Source of the DNA: a virus
Taxonomy: Duplodnaviria > Caudoviricetes
Length of the DNA stretch: 64,000 bases
IMG/VR virus record: IMGVR_UViG_3300021093_000004
Strand: one strand, 5' to 3'
Shown piece after piece: positions 1-8,517 of the stretch. A model generated the notes under the pieces. It searched no databases. It was not told where the DNA came from and was given only the letters and a program-made list of their open reading frames with translations. Each line of letters opens with the position of its first letter. Within the stretch, counting starts at the first letter, position 1. A program made the translations under genes and the position numbers.

Positions 1-15
1 TAATGGCCGCATTTA

Positions 16-1161
16 TTACTCGACAAAGCATACGTGGTTGGTTTGGGGTCCGGTTCCTACTATAGTTACCGGCAGACCAACCAAATCTTCAATGTCAAGT
101 ATGAAATCTTTCACCTTACTCGGTAGCTTGTTATAATCATTAGTCCCATAGCATGACCAATCGATATAGTTGGCAAAATTGAGGGCAATCTTCGTCGCCC
201 CGTTCGCAGCCACGGCGTCCAGAAGTTGTAATTTGGAGAAAGTGAACACCCGACGAAGCCGCTTGGTGACAGTGGTCAATTCGCCCTTCATAACATCTGG
301 TGGTGCACCACCGGCGGCAGCTACTTCGGCCCACGTAATTTCACTGTGGTCATCGTAACAATCACCGGAATATCCAACCGTATTGCCGTCTTCAATGACG
401 TTTCCCACGCGGATCGGATATGGTCTTATTACCAGATAAATATCGCCGATGAGAGAATGTCCGATTCCCATATCGGCGACGTTCTGAACTGCGGTTGTTC
501 CACGGCTGGTGCATTGTGGATAATGCGAACCGTGGTTGATATCGAGTGAGAACCCCTGTGATCCTTCATGCAGAGCGGTTTGCCCGTTTTGCAACAGGAA
601 TTTCAGAATCCGTGGAATTGACAGGTTCTCGGTGTTGCCGAGCTTAACGGTGAGTTCGTTCATCCGGCCAACAAATTGTTGAAGCTCTGGATAATCGCGT
701 GACAGCTTCAATTCCTTACGACGCATTACCTTGTCAGCAAGGAACGCCCCGCATCCTTGCATGGTGCTGGCGATGTGCTTTGTGCCGGTTTCGAGACTGG
801 CTTCTTGCTGTTTGTGTGAGTCGAGAATGACTCCAGCACGTGGATGAATGTGGGTGTTCTCTTGAACTCCGCAGATCTCGATTTCTTTCAGCATTTGGGC
901 CATGTCGTATGCCGATGACGCTCCTACGACGATGGCCGGTGAATAGTCTGTGCACCATTTCTTGAGAATTGCCGCCGATGGTAGTGCTTTAGCGACAAAA
1001 GCTTCTCCATCAATGTTGACCGCCGTATGTCCGGCGTTGCTCATGTTAGTTGTCGAGATTATTTCGGGTCGGTGTCTGTCTGCTAATGCAGTTGTGATAA
1101 GCCCTTTGCCGCAACTTCCCCACTGTCCATCAGTAACAACATTAAATCGGCCACTCAACAT
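16..1161 (-). CDS. purZ: PurZ-like 2-amino-2'-deoxyadenylosuccinate synthetase (adenylosuccinate synthetase family)
   Basis: GQWGSCGKG (Ser where PurA has Asp), NAGHT, EGSQGFSLD, TSR, RPYPIRV, ELTTVTKRLRRVFTFS, LNFANY (PurA has TKLD), GTGP. The family is certain; PurZ rather than PurA rests on these residues. Confidence 0.8.
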   Translation of the reverse strand: MLSGRFNVVTDGQWGSCGKGLITTALADRHRPEIISTTNMSNAGHTAVNIDGEAFVAKALPSAAILKKWCTDYSPAIVVGASSAYDMAQMLKEIEICGVQENTHIHPRAGVILDSHKQQEASLETGTKHIASTMQGCGAFLADKVMRRKELKLSRDYPELQQFVGRMNELTVKLGNTENLSIPRILKFLLQNGQTALHEGSQGFSLDINHGSHYPQCTSRGTTAVQNVADMGIGHSLIGDIYLVIRPYPIRVGNVIEDGNTVGYSGDCYDDHSEITWAEVAAAGGAPPDVMKGELTTVTKRLRRVFTFSKLQLLDAVAANGATKIALNFANYIDWSCYGTNDYNKLPSKVKDFILDIEDLVGLPVTIVGTGPQTNHVCFVE

Positions 1162-1236
1162 AGTGTATCTCCAAGAGCGGTGGTGTTTGACTACGCGGCT
1201 TCAATACCGCGTGGAACTTGTAGAAAGACCGTTTAT

Positions 1237-1623
1237 TTATCCGGTCGGTCGCAGGCGAGATGAAGTTGCGACATCATATCCATCGCCGTCCCACCCAGAA
1301 AGCTGAGCGGCGAAGTTCACTTCGTCGATCGTATCATTGCGATGTGCTCGTAATAGAGCTATAGCATCTGGCAAGTTCATAATTCTTACCAAGATGTCTT
1401 CAATATCACCATTTTCTGATCTGATAATCGATTGTACTGCAACTAAATTTCGCTGCTGAAGAAATCTTTTGATACGTTGAGCAGTTTGAATAGCGTGCAG
1501 TTCTCGTGCTATCCGGTCCAGCGACGCGGCTGTAGATTTTCGCTGTGCTTCTAACCATTCATCGCTTCTGGTTAGAAGATCAGCGTCATCGCCGATTTCA
1601 CTAATTAATGTCATTAGGCTCAT
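1237..1623 (-). CDS. hypothetical protein (helical)
   Basis: 128 aa ORF overlapping the upstream gene, same strand as neighbours. Confidence 0.65.
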   Translation of the reverse strand: MSLMTLISEIGDDADLLTRSDEWLEAQRKSTAASLDRIARELHAIQTAQRIKRFLQQRNLVAVQSIIRSENGDIEDILVRIMNLPDAIALLRAHRNDTIDEVNFAAQLSGWDGDGYDVATSSRLRPTG

Positions 1624-1957
1624 TGATTTTAACCCAGTGTTGTGGAACCCAAATTTTCCGACCCATGACTTCGATTCGGTAGAATAGTGGCTTCACGTCA
1701 CAAATGAGTGCAAATTCGTTGTACCATATATGTTCCGAATTGGTTACTTGAACCACATCTCCTATTTTTAATACCGCAAGACCATGTGGGTTTGTAATAT
1801 TTTCGGCTAGAGCCGCTTCTCCAGAAAATATCCCAACAGTGCCCAGATACCCACATACGGGGCACGTGACACACAACCCAGTAGGACCAACAACCACTTC
1901 GTTTGAATCAATCTCGAATGAAATGGAACAGTTCGGGCATATGAGATCTTTATGCAT
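1601..1957 (-). CDS. zinc-ribbon protein with C-terminal KOW/SH3-like segment
   Basis: CPNC...CPVC, LKIGDVVQV; the likely ATG at 1957 overlaps the stop of the DeoC-like gene. Confidence 0.65.
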   Translation of the reverse strand: MHKDLICPNCSISFEIDSNEVVVGPTGLCVTCPVCGYLGTVGIFSGEAALAENITNPHGLAVLKIGDVVQVTNSEHIWYNEFALICDVKPLFYRIEVMGRKIWVPQHWVKINEPNDIN

Positions 1958-2648
1958 CGAGTAATTCTCGAAGCTGATCCGGCTGAGACTGAAATTCTTT
2001 GATAATAGTCTTGGCTTGAGCGAGATTAACTCCAAATCTCGAAGCATTGGGGCATGCTGCCACTGACTTCAAACTGGCGATATTCCCACAAACCTTAACC
2101 GGCACCTTGATGATATCACGAACATATTGGATTTGCCGATTATGCTCGTCTGGGTTGGCTTTGCTTACTTGAAGTTTGAGTAGAGTATCAGTACGAACTA
2201 ACGCCGGTGTCCTAACGGTTAATAGACCACGGCACATTGCCATGATGTTATCATCGTTTCGGAGCGAAGTTCCAAGAACAAATCGGACTTCCGTCGCATC
2301 TGACAGATGTTGTTTCACGAACTCTGTCAGTGCTTTGGATTCGATTCTCGTCTCTAATTCGAGCTTACTGGGAGTCAGCAAGAATTCGAAACCATCCGTT
2401 TCGAGAGAATCGGTTGTTAGACCCCGCATTTTGTTGACACCAAAGATCTCACCCTTCGGCCAATCAATTGGTGTGATGATCTTGAATTTGCCCCCAGCCC
2501 GACTCCTAGCAATGAGCGCGTCTGATGATAAACCCGGATGGACGACAATGGCCGGGAATTTATATTTATGAGCAAGTTCTATAGATTCTTGAATCTCGTT
2601 CACTTGCATTACATCGATTTCTAATCGATTGAATACTGACCCACTCAT
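1950..2648 (-). CDS. DeoC (deoxyribose-phosphate aldolase)-like TIM barrel, divergent
   Basis: KYKFPAIVVHP, KIITPIDWPKG, VKVCGNI and ASRFG parallel the DeoC segments AVCVxP, TVxxFPxG, VKASGGI and ATRIG. LVRTDT sits where DeoC has FIKTST. Confidence 0.6.
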   Translation of the reverse strand: MSGSVFNRLEIDVMQVNEIQESIELAHKYKFPAIVVHPGLSSDALIARSRAGGKFKIITPIDWPKGEIFGVNKMRGLTTDSLETDGFEFLLTPSKLELETRIESKALTEFVKQHLSDATEVRFVLGTSLRNDDNIMAMCRGLLTVRTPALVRTDTLLKLQVSKANPDEHNRQIQYVRDIIKVPVKVCGNIASLKSVAACPNASRFGVNLAQAKTIIKEFQSQPDQLRELLDA

Positions 2649-3022
2649 GCTTTTAATTTCTCCAATGCGAACGTGAAAGCTTCATCAACCGACGAAAACC
2701 GAAACACGTTCGGTACAAAATAGAAGGTTTTCAATTCGGTAGTTGGCTCAAGGATCAGCACGACAGGCTTATTTGATACTATTGCTGCTCCGAGTTCAAC
2801 ATGAGTGCCACTCCTGGCCGGAGGTATCATGAAAAACAAATCGGCAGACGTAACACCATTTATTTCTGCGATTCCATATTGTTCCAATTCTGATTCAGAG
2901 AAAACTTGACCATGTGTGGTCCAATCATAAGATATTGATACACCGTGCCCACGAAATCGATCCATGACCGATTTTGCTTGATCTGAATTAAACAGGCTGG
3001 TTCCAACATATACGGTAGGCAT
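2645..3022 (-). CDS. nucleoside 2-deoxyribosyltransferase / dNMP N-glycosidase-like protein
   Basis: N-terminal VYVG, SADL, SGTHVELGAAI (conserved nucleophile Glu), KPVVLI; ATGA overlap with the DeoC-like gene. Confidence 0.75.
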   Translation of the reverse strand: MPTVYVGTSLFNSDQAKSVMDRFRGHGVSISYDWTTHGQVFSESELEQYGIAEINGVTSADLFFMIPPARSGTHVELGAAIVSNKPVVLILEPTTELKTFYFVPNVFRFSSVDEAFTFALEKLKA

Positions 3023-3059
3023 GATCGGTTAAATACAACTAAGATCACTGCGATATGAG

Positions 3060-4025
3060 TTATAATCTCTCAGCATGTGCAACAATTGTCGGCACAGATA
3101 TTTTATGGTCCATTTTGTTGAAGCGTTCTACGAAGTTCCATGGGTTTTCTGATGAACAGAACGTGAATTTTTGTCTTTCGCCCTCGTTGAGAACATCTGC
3201 CGCATAATCGTAAAATTCGGCTTCTTTCTGGAAACGTTCCCTTCGAACGTCTGGATTAACGTCTGGGTTGGTGCCATAGAAATGTAATTGCCCATTTAAC
3301 CCAGCTGGATTCATGTCGCAACCGAATATGTAAATGTGAGTATAACTCATCCAATACCCGAGTTGCATTGCTGCAAATACTGACGAACGCCCGATATGAA
3401 GCCCTTTTGTTAGGTCGCGGCTGAAGCCTTTGCCACCGAGATTCTTGACCTGCAATGAATTCTCTTTTTGCCGCTTGATTCCGGTACTATTGAAGATCAG
3501 GCCATTGTAACCGGCCCATAAATCTTCATGACGTCGCATTTGAGATTGGTCAAAGAATGCCCAGTGAGTTGTAGGCCAAATACGAGCGTCGGGCTTATTA
3601 ATCGACAATGTATGAATATTGGGATATCCTTTGAATTTCTCTAGTGGCACTTCGTTGATTGAAGGACCATTCCCAATTATAATTAAAATCTTGTTATAAC
3701 CATAATTCCTCAGTTGTTTGATTTTTACCAGCGAATCTGGGGTTATATCTCGACTGGTATATTTTACATTTGGTACCTTCTTGATGGCATTTTTGCGAGT
3801 TACGTGCTGTTTAGATACAGCCGCCGCCACCGGGATTTGTGGTGCGGGCTGAGATTGTTGGATTTTAACATGGACTCGGCGGTTGTTCAATTCATTGAGA
3901 TTTGCCGCCTGTCCGCTGGACGGCTTTACAACGATCTTTACAGACGACGAAGGGGTCTTAACGACTGTGCGTCTTCGCACCAGTTGTGGGCGAACCTTCA
4001 TTGTCACAATGTGATTGTTCGACAT
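3060..4025 (-). CDS. Maf/DUF115/GT42-like transferase domain with long basic N-terminal extension
   Basis: IIIGNGPSI, TLSINK, SSVFAAMQLGYWMSYTHIYIFGCDM. Confidence 0.65.
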   Translation of the reverse strand: MSNNHIVTMKVRPQLVRRRTVVKTPSSSVKIVVKPSSGQAANLNELNNRRVHVKIQQSQPAPQIPVAAAVSKQHVTRKNAIKKVPNVKYTSRDITPDSLVKIKQLRNYGYNKILIIIGNGPSINEVPLEKFKGYPNIHTLSINKPDARIWPTTHWAFFDQSQMRRHEDLWAGYNGLIFNSTGIKRQKENSLQVKNLGGKGFSRDLTKGLHIGRSSVFAAMQLGYWMSYTHIYIFGCDMNPAGLNGQLHFYGTNPDVNPDVRRERFQKEAEFYDYAADVLNEGERQKFTFCSSENPWNFVERFNKMDHKISVPTIVAHAERL

Positions 4026-4260
4026 CTGCTGTTTTCAATAAATTCTTCAAAAGATCTGCGAGGTAGCTCGCAAGCACACCTTTATTTAAGAATTTTGAGA
4101 AAACAACGATATCTGAATCTGTATCATTTGTGTCAACGCAGACTATCAGACCCTCACTGTGGGATTGAAGTACAGATTTTATATCATCTGGTACAGGCTT
4201 GTTTGGAACAACTCGCAACCGTGCTAACTCTAGGCTATCCGTGTTTGGATCGCCGCCCAT
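3958..4260 (-). CDS. hypothetical protein
   Basis: 100 aa ATG ORF between the sigma-like gene and the Maf-like gene. Confidence 0.5.
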   Translation of the reverse strand: MGGDPNTDSLELARLRVVPNKPVPDDIKSVLQSHSEGLIVCVDTNDTDSDIVVFSKFLNKGVLASYLADLLKNLLKTADVEQSHCDNEGSPTTGAKTHSR

Positions 4261-4334
4261 GCAGAATCTCCAAAAAATTTCCCCAAATGTATAAAATACA
4301 TCGCCACAACGGTTTGATACTTGACAAAAAACGC

Positions 4335-5123
4335 TCAGTTTGATTTAATAACACGACGGCTGTCAGTGTGAAGGCGAAAACTGCGGTGAGAATCTGGGAG
4401 AGTCCCGGCCTTCATATCATCCATCAACTTGAACATGCCATTCTTTTGTGTTTTACGGCGGTTCATGATGCTGAACATGCAGCGGTGAATTGTAGTTGTA
4501 AGCAGATTGAACACTGGTGCCCTTCCGGGAGTATAGACCAGTTTCTTTGCTCGCAATTTATTGGTGACTTGAAGAAGAGCTTCGTTTGAAAAATCTAGCT
4601 GCTCTTCTTCGGACGGGAGATTGAATTTCATGGCAATGCCTTGGCAGATTAAATTAACGTCTTCCAGCATCGCATGCCATGATTGTTCTGTTGGAATTTC
4701 GCGGATGTACCCATCATCCTGTAGTTTCGGAATGATCTCGTCGTATTGTACGAATATGTCAGTCTCAAGATGATGAATCTCTGAGTCCGAAAGGAGGGAC
4801 AATTCTTCTGCTTGTGGAAGGACACGCAATGCGGTTTCTCCGTTGCGATGCATCATTCCCTCCGCAGGAATCATACCATTATTGCTTTCGAAGTGGAAAG
4901 GCAGCCCGGTTGCGATACAATGCAGCCGTACAGGAGACATTGCGTCAGGCAGTGTTTTCCCGTTCTTCAGGATAGGTTGGCCATCTGCTCCGATAGCAAC
5001 CCCGATCACTTTGGTCCACAGTAACCCAAGTGCACGGTACGGTTCCAAGTCGGGAACGGATGACGATAAAAGCCATTGGAACCAACTTTTCTCTAGCTTG
5101 TTCGAATCGCAATATTGACCCAT
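4335..5123 (-). CDS. phage sigma factor, T4 gp55-like (late), with N-terminal insertion
   Basis: YCDSNKL...ICQGIAMKFN...LDFSNEALLQV...APVFNLLTTTIHRCMFSIMNRRK resembles gp55-type regions 2.1-2.4; AGGAG precedes ATG 5123. Confidence 0.55.
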   Translation of the reverse strand: MGQYCDSNKLEKSWFQWLLSSSVPDLEPYRALGLLWTKVIGVAIGADGQPILKNGKTLPDAMSPVRLHCIATGLPFHFESNNGMIPAEGMMHRNGETALRVLPQAEELSLLSDSEIHHLETDIFVQYDEIIPKLQDDGYIREIPTEQSWHAMLEDVNLICQGIAMKFNLPSEEEQLDFSNEALLQVTNKLRAKKLVYTPGRAPVFNLLTTTIHRCMFSIMNRRKTQKNGMFKLMDDMKAGTLPDSHRSFRLHTDSRRVIKSN

Positions 5124-5299
5124 GGTTGTCTCCTTGCCACAAAATCGTGTGATCAAAGGAGAGAAATACGACAGATTTCTTCTAGATCGAATAATCCATT
5201 GGTGTGCAACGTTCACGGGATGAACAAAGGAGTAACCGAGTGCCAATCATCCGACAAATGCCGGGGCTTTATCTCCGGGGGTCTATCGCTAACATTACC

Positions 5300-6553
5300 A
5301 TGGTGGGACTGTCTCCAGAGGAGAAAGCTCACATCGAGCTAGTTTTCGATCACGTCATCCACCACGAAGAGATGGTGCGGCACAAACAGAAGGTTATGAA
5401 GGAATTTGGTGTCACAATTCGTGCCGACTATGCCGACGATCGAGCCGCCGCTGAGCAAGAATTCAATATCGCCGTCTGGCGTGGGCTTGTCAGCATCTTC
5501 TATCACCGCACTTACGAATTCGAATGTACGAATTGCGGCGCGACCGCCAGCCTGACCCAACGCGGCAAGCCCAAGCCCATCGACCGAATGGTAACTCCGT
5601 GCCCAGTTTGCCACATGGCTGAAATCGTTGACCCCGGATGCTCTGACCACAATCCGGGCGATCTTGTCAATTACACCGAACTCCAAGAGCGTTATAAGCT
5701 CGTCGGGTTCGGGACGCCGACGTTCAAGAGCTGCATTCGGCCCATCCCGAAAGAGAAGAAATACGATAACCCAGACGAGATCATCGGGTGTCCCAAGCAG
5801 TTGAAACGATTCTTCGGCGAGTTCGTCTGGAATTACTTCCGCCAGCAGATTAAAGAGAACAAGCGGAAAGAACACAACAAGACGCCGGTGGAAATCACTG
5901 GCCCAGCAGATCAAATGATCGTCGAACTCATCTTGAGTCTCTGCTCACGAATGAATGTCGATTACAACCGGCACCACAAAGTCGAGCCGGTGAATGGCCG
6001 ATACACGATCGATCTGCTTGGCCTGCTCACGCCACCGGAATTTTCGATCGAACTCGCCCTTGTTCGAGTGTTGGCCGAAAGCCATGGAGTCGTCGTGACT
6101 ACCACGGCTCAAGCGATCGAAATAGCAGTTCACCCTAATCCTCCGACAATCAAAGTGTCGATAGTTCGTGCTGCGCATGTTACCATCATTGATAACCAAC
6201 TGACCGTGACTGACGATGAAGAGAATTCGGGATTCTCAATCAGTCAAGTCAGTTACAAGACTGTAGGAGCAAGACGAATGGACCAAGATGATCACGTGCA
6301 GACCACAGATATCAGGGAAGCCGCGACTAGGACGCGGGCAGCACTTCCTGATGGAGATTGCCAATCTGTCTACGACATTTATTGTCAGATCGGACCAGTA
6401 TACGATAAATTCTCTGAAGTCTACGGCAACGGAACGCCGAGAATTAATCACATCGCTGATTTTCTCGGCATCACCGCACGAGCCGTGAAGCAGTGTCGCG
6501 ATGTTATCCAAGTTCAGTGTCTTGCGAATGATTTCGTTCCGGCATCAACTTAG
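5300..6553 (+). CDS. divergent sigma70-family factor with zinc-ribbon insertion
   Basis: Region-2-like AEQEFNIAVWRGL and FVWNYFRQQIKENKRK separated by CTNC...CPVC; region-4-like ALPDGDCQSVYDIY...HIADFLGITARAVKQ. Start uncertain (5204 or 5300). Confidence 0.55.
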   Translation: MVGLSPEEKAHIELVFDHVIHHEEMVRHKQKVMKEFGVTIRADYADDRAAAEQEFNIAVWRGLVSIFYHRTYEFECTNCGATASLTQRGKPKPIDRMVTPCPVCHMAEIVDPGCSDHNPGDLVNYTELQERYKLVGFGTPTFKSCIRPIPKEKKYDNPDEIIGCPKQLKRFFGEFVWNYFRQQIKENKRKEHNKTPVEITGPADQMIVELILSLCSRMNVDYNRHHKVEPVNGRYTIDLLGLLTPPEFSIELALVRVLAESHGVVVTTTAQAIEIAVHPNPPTIKVSIVRAAHVTIIDNQLTVTDDEENSGFSISQVSYKTVGARRMDQDDHVQTTDIREAATRTRAALPDGDCQSVYDIYCQIGPVYDKFSEVYGNGTPRINHIADFLGITARAVKQCRDVIQVQCLANDFVPAST

Positions 6554-7288
6554 AGAGCCGATCTTGACACCAGTAGTTTTTGGGTGATCCCAGTTTATCT
6601 CGGATCGCCCAAAATCAAAAAATCCGGGGGATTTGCCTTTGAAGGCTACATTACCACCGTGTGGATCTTGAGACAGGACCCCCGTCCTTTGTTGTATATC
6701 ATATAATCCTTGAACAATACTGTATACGGCTTTCTGCGTAGACTCATCTCCTTGATATGTTTTTGGAAGATGCTTCGACGTTACTATCGAGATGATCTGA
6801 TCTGGGTCTTGGATAAGTCCGGGGTTGTGATCTAAATAATCATACACAGCGTTGGCTGCTACACGATATCGCTTTCCTACGCCTGTCGACAGTCTTTCCA
6901 TTGCTATTACATATAATTCCGATTTCCCAGATTTCATCAGTGGATTCGGAAATGATTTTACCAATTTCACATCATAAATCGACGCCGCATTTGGCGAATC
7001 ATGCCCTTTCATAACAGCAGCAGCCGATGCTTCTTTGCGATCTGTGGTGAATTTCAAGATATAACGATCGCCCACAGGATACGCTCTTCCAGCCCCACCG
7101 GCCATTGATGATCCAATCTTACCATCGATTCCAAGCGAGTTGATCCATGATTGGAAGCGGGGGTCGTCTAAGATTGAGTCGGCCCACTCTTCAGGCCACG
7201 AAGCCTCCATTATCGGACCGCAATCATAGAGCCGGAGTGCGGTCAAAAACATTTCAGGAATATAAGAATGAATGTTACGTAGTTTCAT
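6545..7288 (-). CDS. protein kinase-like (ELK/APH fold) protein
   Basis: Gly-rich GGAGRAY, ILKFT, VIAMERL, catalytic loop DPHGGN, DFG. Confidence 0.75.
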   Translation of the reverse strand: MKLRNIHSYIPEMFLTALRLYDCGPIMEASWPEEWADSILDDPRFQSWINSLGIDGKIGSSMAGGAGRAYPVGDRYILKFTTDRKEASAAAVMKGHDSPNAASIYDVKLVKSFPNPLMKSGKSELYVIAMERLSTGVGKRYRVAANAVYDYLDHNPGLIQDPDQIISIVTSKHLPKTYQGDESTQKAVYSIVQGLYDIQQRTGVLSQDPHGGNVAFKGKSPGFFDFGRSEINWDHPKTTGVKIGSLS

Positions 7289-7502
7289 AATGGCGTCCGT
7301 CGCAGTCGTCGGAGATTTTCCAAGGCGAACACGTTCATTGCGGCTAAAAATATGTTTGGAGGAACCGATGAAATTTGAAAAATCCGAAATCTTCGATTAT
7401 TATTACCGCACGTAATTTGGTTAATCTACACTATGCATTTTATCCCATCTTCGTGTCTGGGATCTGCTTCGTCTAGAAAACTTCCATTCAGATATCGATT
7501 GT

Positions 7503-8189
7503 TTAGTCATTTTCTATAAACATTTTTAAGAGTTCATTAGCCAAATAATCTCCTGCATCTCGATCAGAGGGATAGTGAAAACCTGCTTTTACACGATAAT
7601 CACCAAGCTCCTTGCCTAATTTGGCGAGATCCTTTTTATGTTTTGGATACAGTTTCGATAACCATTTTGCCATAAAAGTCCCGATTACTGCGTGTGTCGA
7701 AGGATAAGAGGGTGAGCCGGTGGTGTTTCCCTTTGGTATTGTCCTGTCTTTCATAGATTTCAGAAGTTGATAAGGTCTTGCTCGGTCATATTTAACTTTG
7801 TGTTTCAAACTTATTGTGGAAAGTTCTTTTGAAACTTTACTAATTTTTTTGACTAATTGTTTATTTATCTCAACGTCTTTTTTTTGTAGTAAATCTACAA
7901 ACAATAATTCAATATCAGGAACATCTTGTTTTTTAATTTTATTCAAATCTTCCGCAGAATTTGCGTCGAGATAATCTAGAATTACTTCTAGTTCTTTTTG
8001 AGTTTTTGGACTTTCGTTTTTGGGTGGTTGCGGTAATTCTATTTCTTGCCATTTTGGGTTAAAATGCTTGACGGGCTTATCAATCAAATGTGCATCTTGT
8101 TTAAGCTTGCCATATCTCAAATCGGATAGTGGGGTTTTGCCCTCCAGAAGACGTGATGATTTGTCTAACGCAATTTCCGATAAAAGCAT
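7503..8189 (-). CDS. PAP2-superfamily phosphatase
   Basis: KVKYDRARP, PSYPSTH and RVKAGFHYPSD match the three PAP2 motifs; visibly AT-rich. Confidence 0.85.
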   Translation of the reverse strand: MLLSEIALDKSSRLLEGKTPLSDLRYGKLKQDAHLIDKPVKHFNPKWQEIELPQPPKNESPKTQKELEVILDYLDANSAEDLNKIKKQDVPDIELLFVDLLQKKDVEINKQLVKKISKVSKELSTISLKHKVKYDRARPYQLLKSMKDRTIPKGNTTGSPSYPSTHAVIGTFMAKWLSKLYPKHKKDLAKLGKELGDYRVKAGFHYPSDRDAGDYLANELLKMFIEND

Positions 8190-8215
8190 GTTAATACCCT
8201 AAACTGGTGTCATGG

Positions 8216-8517
8216 CCGGAACGTGTGAAGAATTGTTGTGACATACCCATAATACCTGAATTAAGAATTAATAATAGTAATACCATATTTATCAATATCT
8301 TGTTGCAAATCGGGCAGCTTCTTCCATGCAGTAACTCTTAGTTTTGAAAGTAACAAAGTTTTTAAACCAATAATCTCAAATTCGTCGTCGCCAAGTGCAA
8401 CAAATGTATTATTGTTGTAATTAAAAATCACTTCCTTTTCGTAATGACTTTTAAGTGTAAAAGAAAAAATCTTTACGTGCCATAACCGGAACGTGTGAAG
8501 AATTGTTGTGGCATACC
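8216..8517. repeat. 32-bp direct repeat (31/32 identical), copies at 8216-8247 and 8486-8517
   Basis: ccggaacgtgtgaagaattgttgtg[a/g]catacc read directly at both positions. Confidence 0.95.
8261..8431 (-). CDS. small ORF or gene fragment between the direct repeats
   Basis: GTG-started 56-codon frame (VIFNYNNNTFVALGDDEFEIIGLKTLLLSKLRVTAWKKLPDLQQDIDKYGITIINS); the frame stays open upstream; not in the ORF track. Confidence 0.35.
   Translation of the reverse strand: MIFNYNNNTFVALGDDEFEIIGLKTLLLSKLRVTAWKKLPDLQQDIDKYGITIINS

Noticed and set aside
1193-1212. Hairpin acgcgg/ccgcgt upstream of purZ
   Set aside because: A 6-bp stem could occur by chance; no recognisable riboswitch motif
3714-4343. 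209-aa + strand ORF
   Set aside because: Antisense to better-supported - strand genes, with implausible composition
7368-7415. 15-aa ORF (MKFEKSEIFDYYYRT) with GGAGG SD
   Set aside because: Too short to support without ribosome profiling, and opposite in strand to its neighbours
8216-8517. CRISPR array
   Set aside because: Only two repeat copies, a 238-bp spacer, one copy is coding, and no cas genes are present
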